DNA of 64,000 nucleotides, taken from assembly GCA_045863295.1 (NCBI GenBank), contig BTWA01000004.1, positions 128,001-192,000 on the forward strand, given 5' to 3'. How positions within the stretch are numbered: position 1 is the stretch's first letter; each line of letters opens with the position of its first letter. A program made the position numbers and the translations under genes. Below, in pieces: positions 57,422 through 64,000 of this stretch. The DNA comes from Candidatus Hydrogenedentota bacterium (GTDB lineage: Bacteria > Hydrogenedentota > Hydrogenedentia > Hydrogenedentales > SLHB01). The notes below the pieces were generated by a model. That model made no database searches. It saw only the letters and a program-made list of their open reading frames with translations, and was not told the origin of the DNA.

Positions 57422-58176
57422 TGGGACCATTCCTTTCGGGCAAGGTGGAAATCCTGATTGGTGTCGATCTCCATGTAGCCGCCGTGCGTGGCCAGCGCGT
57501 GCATTTCGATGCCGTTATCGATCATTTCCTGAAACAAGTCAATCAGGTAGGCTTTGCGAAAATGTTTGGCGGCGCGAAAGGGGCCATCGCCGTGATGCGC
57601 CTTCGCCCGGTGATAATGGTCGCGTAACTGGCGCGCGGCTTCCGGCAAAAACCGGGCGACGCCGATGTACTCGCCGTGCGCATGATCGGAAGGCATGGTG
57701 CGGTTGATCGCGGCGATGCGCGTGCTGCCGTTGGTCAATGCGATCTTTTCGCCGTCATCCTCGGGATGATCGGACCGATGGATGTAGCGCGACCTCCAAT
57801 CCGTATCGGACACCAGCGTAATCGGATGCGGGCTCTTGACGAGGTCGCGGATGATCTCGGGGCGGTACAGGATATCCGCGTATGCGCAGACGAATCCTTC
57901 ATCCATGTACTCTTCGGCGTGCATAAGCGATTCGAGGATATTGTTGTTGGCCCAATCCCAGTTGTGGCAGAAAGTGAAATGCGGATAGGTCGATTTGACC
58001 AGATCGAATTGATACCCGGCGATAAAGACAATATCCGTCAAACCACCGGCATGCAGCGATTCGATGGCCCAATCCAATATACGCCGGCCGCCGACTTCCG
58101 CAAAACACTTGGGCGCATTTTCGGTATGCGGCATGAGACGCTGGCCGCGTCCCGCGCCAATGATAATGGCTTTCAC
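57418..58176 (-). CDS. Phosphocholine cytidylyltransferase (LicC)-like nucleotidyltransferase
   Basis: KAIIIGAGRGQRL, PKC, N.DWANNN..SL, YADI, GEYIG, MEIDT. Confidence 0.88.
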   Translation of the reverse strand: MKAIIIGAGRGQRLMPHTENAPKCFAEVGGRRILDWAIESLHAGGLTDIVFIAGYQFDLVKSTYPHFTFCHNWDWANNNILESLMHAEEYMDEGFVCAYADILYRPEIIRDLVKSPHPITLVSDTDWRSRYIHRSDHPEDDGEKIALTNGSTRIAAINRTMPSDHAHGEYIGVARFLPEAARQLRDHYHRAKAHHGDGPFRAAKHFRKAYLIDLFQEMIDNGIEMHALATHGGYMEIDTNQDFHLARKEWSQ

Positions 58177-58275
58177 GTTTGGCTCCCTTTGAAATGCAAG
58201 CGGGAACCATAGCAGGGGGCGAAGGTGATGCTCAAGAGCGGCCAGGGCGTGAGGGCTGGTCCAGCAAGGCGGCGA

Positions 58276-59190
58276 TTACCGCACGAAATCCAGGAGGCTG
58301 GGTTGAATCACGCGGGCGCCGGCACTGAGGGCGGCCTGAAACGCGTTTTCCTGGGCGTTCAGTTGAATGATTACCTCGGCGAGATCGGCATCCACGGTGT
58401 TCGAAAGCAGTTCCTGCAATTGCACCTGGATGTCTTCCAGGTCGGTCTCGCCGCTGGTCAGCCGGTTTTGCACGGCGCCTACCCGGGCCACGGCCTCGCT
58501 CAGTTGCGCCCGTGCCGCGTCGATTTCCAACAATCGGGTGTTGGACAGAGCGGCACGGTCTCCAGCAAGCAGGTTGTCTCGAATATCGATAAGCGTTTGA
58601 AAGATATCCTGATTGGATTGAAAAACTTCCGATCCGGATTCATTGACTTTTACTTCCACACCGTCCTGTATCGCGACGTTGATGGCTTCGTCGTTGCCTT
58701 CATATGCCACGGCGGTAATTCGGCCATTGACATCGCGCGTCTCGACGAAGGGCTGGGTGCGGGTGCGGGTGCCCGAGAAGACGAATCCGCTTTCGAATTC
58801 GGTATTGGCGGTGCTAAGCACGCCTTCCAGAATCTGGTCGATTTCGGCTGCAATGGCGTTCAGTGAATCCTGGCTGTTGCTGCCATTGGCGCCTTGCAGG
58901 GTCAGTTCGCGCGCGCGTGCCAGCCGGTCCTGGATGTTGGTGATCAGGGTTTCGGTGTTGTTCAGCCTGGGCGCGGCCTGCTGAATGTTTCGAAGATACT
59001 GTTCGTTCTTTGCGATGAAGGCCCGCGTGTTGATGGCGCGGCGCGTGTCAATGGGATCGTCGGACGGGGCATTGATACGGCGGCCCGTGGCCAATTGATC
59101 CTGCAACTCCAAAATACGCCGCTGCTGATCCTGGATATTGCGCAGGACGCGATCGACCAAAATCGGTTGGGTGACGCGCAGGGTTCCCAT
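58276..59190 (-). CDS. flgL: Flagellar hook-associated protein 3
   Basis: LRVTQ, TGRRINAPSDDP, FVFSGTRT...PF, DADLAE, SLLDFVR. Confidence 0.95.
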   Translation of the reverse strand: MGTLRVTQPILVDRVLRNIQDQQRRILELQDQLATGRRINAPSDDPIDTRRAINTRAFIAKNEQYLRNIQQAAPRLNNTETLITNIQDRLARARELTLQGANGSNSQDSLNAIAAEIDQILEGVLSTANTEFESGFVFSGTRTRTQPFVETRDVNGRITAVAYEGNDEAINVAIQDGVEVKVNESGSEVFQSNQDIFQTLIDIRDNLLAGDRAALSNTRLLEIDAARAQLSEAVARVGAVQNRLTSGETDLEDIQVQLQELLSNTVDADLAEVIIQLNAQENAFQAALSAGARVIQPSLLDFVR

Positions 59191-59195
59191 GCGGC

Positions 59196-59717
59196 CTAAC
59201 CCCGGTGGTCCAGCAGAGCGGGCGCCGCCGATCGGGCGGCAGGACCGTTGCCCTGGCGGTCATACGCGGACCCGGCGGTGTCACTGCGTTGCAACGTTTC
59301 CATACAGTGACTGAGGGCGCGAAGCGTGCGACGTGAGACTTGCGCGCTGGCGCGAACGAAGCGCCGGGTTTCTTCCACGGTGTTCTTGAGCGCCGTTTGG
59401 AAGTAGGCCAACCGGTCCGACCAGGGCTGCGGCGCGGCGGCAATTAGATTGGTCATGGTGGCCGATTCCGGCATCATGCCGAGCAGCGGCACAATGGCGC
59501 GGACAACCTCGAGCCGGCGGTGTTCCGCCGCCACGGCGTCGCGAATCAATTGTTCCAAACCCTGGGTGCGCGCCTCGACCGACTCGATATCGTGTGCTAC
59601 CAAGGCGTGATGCTGGGAGCGGCAGATTTCCCGGACGTTTTCCTGGCGTTCCAGTTCCTCGTCGAGTACCTGGCACAGACTTTCCAGCAATTCAGCCAAT
59701 GTGGGAGTGGTTTCCAT
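59196..59717 (-). CDS. flgN: Flagellar export chaperone FlgN
   Basis: Helical protein with a C-terminal AYDRQG...LLDHRG motif; lies after flgJ. Confidence 0.8.
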   Translation of the reverse strand: METTPTLAELLESLCQVLDEELERQENVREICRSQHHALVAHDIESVEARTQGLEQLIRDAVAAEHRRLEVVRAIVPLLGMMPESATMTNLIAAAPQPWSDRLAYFQTALKNTVEETRRFVRASAQVSRRTLRALSHCMETLQRSDTAGSAYDRQGNGPAARSAAPALLDHRG

Positions 59718-59724
59718 AGTTCCT

Positions 59725-59751
59725 TTATCGGCATTCCCTGGTGAAACTTGA
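59725..59751 (-). promoter_or_regulatory. Sigma28 promoter of flgN-flgL
   Basis: TCAAGTTT-N11-GCCGATAA, 7 nt upstream of the flgN ATG. Confidence 0.8.
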
Positions 59752-59799
59752 CCTGATTTGCCGCCTTGCCGGCAATCCTGCCCGCGTTATTGCGGCACG

Positions 59800-60174
59800 T
59801 TAGCGCTGATAGGCCCGCACCATAGGCGTAGCCGGCGGAGTGACCGGCGGCGTGTCATGGAGCGGCTCCTGCAAGACTTTGGCATCCCTGGTTTCGTTCA
59901 AACGCATTTGCTGATCCACCATTCGGGCAATGCCGAACTTGCCGGTCTCGGCAATTTGTTTGCTCATGATATCGTCGTACATCTGCTCGGCAAATTGATC
60001 GGCCTGGGTCTTGGGTACGAGGCTGTCCTTCGGGACCGACTTCCGCATTTCCTCCAGCAGCGTATATACGAAATACTGTTCCAGCTCTCTCAGCGCCACA
60101 TCCCGGCGGGCCGAATCGGCCAGCACGTTGCCGCCCTTGCTGATACCGTTTGTCAGTGGGTTCACGTAGATCAT
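59800..60174 (-). CDS. flgJ: FlgJ rod-binding domain protein (no muramidase domain)
   Basis: ELEQYFVYTLLEEMRKSVP...MYDD...FGIARMV..Q. Confidence 0.85.
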   Translation of the reverse strand: MIYVNPLTNGISKGGNVLADSARRDVALRELEQYFVYTLLEEMRKSVPKDSLVPKTQADQFAEQMYDDIMSKQIAETGKFGIARMVDQQMRLNETRDAKVLQEPLHDTPPVTPPATPMVRAYQR

Positions 60175-60178
60175 GGCG

Positions 60179-61291
60179 TTACATGATCTCGAGATCGGCG
60201 TCGAGTGCGCCGACGGCCCGGATGGCCTGAAAGATGGAGATCATATCCCGCGGAGTGACCTTCAGACGGTTGAGCGCCTCGGCCACGTCGCTCGCGGAGG
60301 TACCTTGCACCGGCATGAGGGATCCTTCCTCGATGATAGTGTCCACCTCCCCCGATTCGCCGGTGACGGTTTCCCCTTCGCTAAAGGGTTCAGGCTGGCT
60401 GACAAGCGGGGTTACTTCAACCCTGATGGTCAGATTTCCGTGGGCCACCTGACACGGCTTGATGATGACCTCCCCACCCACCACGAGGGTCCCTGTTCTT
60501 TCATTAATGACGACGCGGGACGGTACGTCGGCCTTGACGTTGAGGGCCTGTACTTCGGAAATGAATCCGATGAGATTCGCCTTGTGGGCCGAGGGAATGC
60601 GCACGTTAATTGCCGCCGCGGTGGTGGCGTGTCCAGTACCGGCGCCGAACGAACTATCGAGCGCTTCGCGAATGGCATTCGCAGTCGCGAAATCGGCCCG
60701 CTTAAGCAGAAGTGTGATGCGCTCACCGTCGGTAATGGTGGACGGTATCTCGCGTTCGATGGAGCCGCCCATGGGCACACGGCCGGCCGTCACGTGGTTT
60801 TGCGTCACCTGCGCGCCGCCTCCGCCCGCGGCAAATCCCCCCACGGACACCGGACCTTGAGCGACGGCGTAGATTTCCCCGTCCTCACCTTGCAGATAAG
60901 TAGGCAGCAAAGTGCCACCTTCCAGACTTTCCGCGTCGTAGATCGAGCTTACACGCACGTCAATACGCGTGCCCTCCTTTCCAAATGCTGGAAAGGTCGC
61001 ATCGACCCACACCACGGCCACGTTGTCCGACGTCAGCGCCTTGGGATCGAGGACGTCGATATCGAGCCGTTCCAGCAGGCGCGCCTGCCGCGCCACGGCG
61101 TCTTTGGCCTTGTCACCGGTGCCCGCGAGGCCCACGATAAGGCCGATGCCTCGCAGCGCGTTGGGGCGCGCGCCTTGAATCTCGCACAAGTCTTTCACGC
61201 GGGCCGCCCAAGCGGACGAACCCCATGCGGCCGCGCACAAGCACAGAATCGCAAGCCGGCTAACCAATTTCGTTGTTCGCAACATGCCCAC
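60179..61291 (-). CDS. flgI: Flagellar P-ring protein
   Basis: RVKDL, GIGLIVGLAGTGD, SLEGGTLL, VVINERTGT, GALDADL. Confidence 0.97.
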   Translation of the reverse strand: MGMLRTTKLVSRLAILCLCAAAWGSSAWAARVKDLCEIQGARPNALRGIGLIVGLAGTGDKAKDAVARQARLLERLDIDVLDPKALTSDNVAVVWVDATFPAFGKEGTRIDVRVSSIYDAESLEGGTLLPTYLQGEDGEIYAVAQGPVSVGGFAAGGGGAQVTQNHVTAGRVPMGGSIEREIPSTITDGERITLLLKRADFATANAIREALDSSFGAGTGHATTAAAINVRIPSAHKANLIGFISEVQALNVKADVPSRVVINERTGTLVVGGEVIIKPCQVAHGNLTIRVEVTPLVSQPEPFSEGETVTGESGEVDTIIEEGSLMPVQGTSASDVAEALNRLKVTPRDMISIFQAIRAVGALDADLEIM

Positions 61292-61300
61292 TCCCGAGTA

Positions 61301-61933
61301 TCAATACGGCGCGAACCAGTCCAGCAGTTTGGTGATCCATCCCCGGCGTTGGTTGTTCCACAGGGGCCCTTTGCCTTTGAGATCGATCTTCGCGTTGGCC
61401 ACCTTTGTTGAATCGATGGTATTGGCGGCGGTCACATCCAACGCGCGAATGGTGCCGGTTAGAAACATGGTGGTGTCTTCGCTGTTCACAGTGACGCGTT
61501 TTTCGCCCTGGATATCGAGCGTGCCATTATCGTTGACCTTGGTCACGGTGCATGAAATGGTCGTGGTGAGCCGGTTTGTGCGAACTGTTTCACCAGTGGT
61601 TCGGTGCTCGTTGTCGGCCTCAATTTGCCAATTGGGCAACTTACCCTCGTCCAGAAGCCCCAGTCCATCGGGCTTTGGATTAATGAGAAATCCGTTGTCG
61701 CCTGCATCGGCTTCGTTGCTGACCTCGGCCTGCTTTCGCGTGTTGGTATCGGCAGAGGTTTCGGCATTAAGCGTTTCGCGCACGGTCACGACTATGAGGT
61801 CACCTTCCTCGTACTGCGGCCGCTTGTTGGATATGAGGTTTCCGCGTTCGGCGGACGTTTTGCTGAACAGCGAATCCCCGTACGCGGTCGCGCAACCGGC
61901 AACCAGCAGACATACGATCCAACGTGAATGCAT
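61301..61933 (-). CDS. flgH: Flagellar L-ring protein
   Basis: GDLIVVTVRE, NGTLDIQGEK, GTIRALD, NTIDSTKVANAKI, GW...F. Confidence 0.93.
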   Translation of the reverse strand: MHSRWIVCLLVAGCATAYGDSLFSKTSAERGNLISNKRPQYEEGDLIVVTVRETLNAETSADTNTRKQAEVSNEADAGDNGFLINPKPDGLGLLDEGKLPNWQIEADNEHRTTGETVRTNRLTTTISCTVTKVNDNGTLDIQGEKRVTVNSEDTTMFLTGTIRALDVTAANTIDSTKVANAKIDLKGKGPLWNNQRRGWITKLLDWFAPY

Positions 61934-61939
61934 GCGTCG

Positions 61940-62875
61940 TTACTCCACAAGAACCGAGCCGTCCGCTTGAACGACTCCGTAGAATTCGGCTTTGGTATCC
62001 GGATTGATCAGCGGAATCATGTCGCCGGCGTGGCCGTCGCCCATGGCGCGCGCGCGGCCGCGCACGGACAAACCGCGAACCCTCGTTTCCACATTGACCG
62101 CTTGATTCCGTTTAATCAGACGGCGCGGCATAATCTGGCGATTGGTCAGCACCGCGCCGGCCATGAGGGTCGATTTCGCCAGTTGGCCGACCGCCTCTTC
62201 TGGTTCGGTAAGCGTACCGGGCCGCAACTGCGATAGGGCGCGCTTTTCAATGGAGATGTCGGCCGCCGAAATCATGGACCCGCGCGCAACGTCGTTGATG
62301 ACGATGAGCACGTCTTCATAGGCTTCCACGCTTGCGCGGACCTGCACCGTCTGTTTGACGTCACCGTCGACGATCACGTCGCCGCGAAAGGCGGCCGGAC
62401 CGATCCAGCGGTAAAGCGGCCCCGCGGTCCATTGGACCTGCACGTCGCCCTCGGGTATCACAACAGCCTGTCTGGGGATATCGATCGTGATTTGCGCGTC
62501 GTCAATCTCCCACGGCATTTCCGATTCGATGTACCGTTGCAGGTCGGCCGTCAATGTCTCGGCGGAAAGTTCCTGCGCCAGTGTATGCGCGGTGATTTGC
62601 GGGGAACCGCTTATCGCCACGGTTCCTTCAAAGCCCGCGTTACGAATCCGCGACTCGACAAGGGATGCGCTGAATTTCTTGGCAACGCCCGGCAATGCAG
62701 CCTGCACAATGACGACCGACGACAAAGTCTCGGCATTGTCGCCTTCGATGTCGGCGATCTCTCCCAGCAGTACGGACGGCCCTTTGACATAGGCTTCCGG
62801 TTTGACTGTAACGGTGTCCGCCACGGCCAAGGCCGCGACGCACCATGTCAGCACGATGATCCGGAATCTTGTCAC
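61940..62875 (-). CDS. flgA: P-ring formation chaperone
   Basis: Signal peptide; SAF domain; GRARAMGDGHAGDMI..IN; lies between flgG and flgH. Confidence 0.92.
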   Translation of the reverse strand: MTRFRIIVLTWCVAALAVADTVTVKPEAYVKGPSVLLGEIADIEGDNAETLSSVVIVQAALPGVAKKFSASLVESRIRNAGFEGTVAISGSPQITAHTLAQELSAETLTADLQRYIESEMPWEIDDAQITIDIPRQAVVIPEGDVQVQWTAGPLYRWIGPAAFRGDVIVDGDVKQTVQVRASVEAYEDVLIVINDVARGSMISAADISIEKRALSQLRPGTLTEPEEAVGQLAKSTLMAGAVLTNRQIMPRRLIKRNQAVNVETRVRGLSVRGRARAMGDGHAGDMIPLINPDTKAEFYGVVQADGSVLVE

Positions 62876-62908
62876 GTCTGCCTCCTCCCTATCGGGTCAG
62901 GTCACCGC

Positions 62909-63700
62909 TTACCGGCGAATCTGATTGGCGGTTTGAAGCATCTCGTCCGAGGTGGTAATCACTCGTGAGTTGGCCTCGTAGGCGCGCTGTGCAATGATCA
63001 AGTTCAGGATTTCTTCCACCACCTGCACATTGGAGTTTTCAAGGAATCCCTGGTTCAAAAACCCAACGCCGTCCACACCGGGTTCGCCGGTCACGGGGGT
63101 ACCCGATGCCTCGGTCTCCAACAATAGATTCCTGCCGAGTTTCGCATTGAGCCCGGCAGGGTTGGGAAAGCGAACCAGTTGAAGCGTGCCGACTTCGGTG
63201 GCGCCGGTTTGACCGGGCACTTCCACCGATACCACGCCGTCATTACCAATGGTGATCGACGTATAGTCCGTGGGTACGGTGATGGTTGGGGAAAGGATGT
63301 AGCCGTCCACCGTCACCATCGTTCCGTTGGCGTTGATTTTGAAATTACCGTCCCGCGTGTACGCCGTGGTGCCGTCCGGCAGTTCCAACTGAAAGAATCC
63401 TTCGCCCTCGATGGCCAGATCGGTCGGAGTACCCGTGCTGATCATGTTGCCCGGCGTGAATATCTTCGCGACCGACCCGACACGCACGCCGTGGCCGACC
63501 TGGACGCCTTCGGGGGTAATTTCGCCGGCGGAGTTGGGCGATCCGGGTGCTTTCAGCGTTTCGTAAATAAGGTCTTTGAAATTGACACGGCTCTTCTTGA
63601 AGGCGGTCGTGTTCACGTTGGCCAGATTGTTGGCCACCGTGTCCACATTCAGTTGCTGCGCCACCATGCCGGTGGATGCCGTGAACAAAGCCCGAATCAT
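62909..63700 (-). CDS. flgG: Flagellar distal rod protein
   Basis: MIRALFTASTGM, ANNLANVNT, YTRDGNF, LENSNVQVVEE, AQRAYEANS. Confidence 0.97.
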   Translation of the reverse strand: MIRALFTASTGMVAQQLNVDTVANNLANVNTTAFKKSRVNFKDLIYETLKAPGSPNSAGEITPEGVQVGHGVRVGSVAKIFTPGNMISTGTPTDLAIEGEGFFQLELPDGTTAYTRDGNFKINANGTMVTVDGYILSPTITVPTDYTSITIGNDGVVSVEVPGQTGATEVGTLQLVRFPNPAGLNAKLGRNLLLETEASGTPVTGEPGVDGVGFLNQGFLENSNVQVVEEILNLIIAQRAYEANSRVITTSDEMLQTANQIRR

Positions 63701-63717
63701 TCAGCCCCCTTTATGCC

Positions 63718-64000
63718 CTATTGTGGAAACCCAACCTGATCGATGACGCGCCCCATGGTCTCGTCCATGGCATTGATGACGCGCTGATTCGCGGCGTAGT
63801 GCCGAAGACCGAGCGTCATGTTGACCATCTCCATGGGGAGCTGCACGTTGGACTGTTCCACCATGCCCGACACCACGCTGCTTTGGGTGGCGGGCGCACT
63901 CTCACCTTCCACTTCTTGGGACGCTATGTAGAAGTCATCGCCCGCGCGCGTTAACCGGCGGGGATCCTCGAATTCCACAATGCTGAGTTGGCCGGCCACC
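63718..64000 (-). CDS. flgF: Flagellar rod protein FlgF, 3' part (5' end outside the window)
   Basis: GMVEQSNV...EMVNM...RHYAANQRVI..DE; directly upstream of flgG. Confidence 0.85.
   Translation of the reverse strand, partial: VAGQLSIVEFEDPRRLTRAGDDFYIASQEVEGESAPATQSSVVSGMVEQSNVQLPMEMVNMTLGLRHYAANQRVINAMDETMGRVIDQVGFPQ

Overview
Chromosomal window from a GC-rich, flagellated, diderm bacterium (L- and P-ring genes are present). The gene content is reminiscent of Candidatus Hydrogenedentota, but that is an unverified impression. In order: a partial Zn-dehydrogenase; a CusR/CzcR-like two-component system divergent from a secreted Pro/Gly/Gln-rich EF-hand protein; REP-like repeats and an AT-rich orphan island; an ArnT-like glycosyltransferase and a methyltransferase; ispG, radical SAM/SPASM, def, cupin, MBL hydrolase, M42 peptidase and a beta-helix protein; a sigma54-promoter-driven structured small transcript; PhyH plus Tat-exported GH116; flagellin; rpsF-ssb-rpsR-DUF2232-rplI and dnaB; rlpA-like; mpl; a DtxR-feoAAB operon; recR; FMN reductase; a two-block Wzy-type polysaccharide locus; several accessory genes; and a flgF-G-A-H-I-J-N-L cluster. 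No rRNA, tRNA, CRISPR array or transposase was recognised. The strongest candidates for undescribed biology are: (i) the two-component system whose sensor carries a low-complexity insert resembling the divergently encoded secreted protein, (ii) the sigma54 structured transcript, (iii) phased NrdR-like boxes at the polysaccharide operons and the cupin gene, and (iv) an orphan sigma28 promoter pointing antisense into dnaB. All calls come from motif recognition by eye; no database searches were run.
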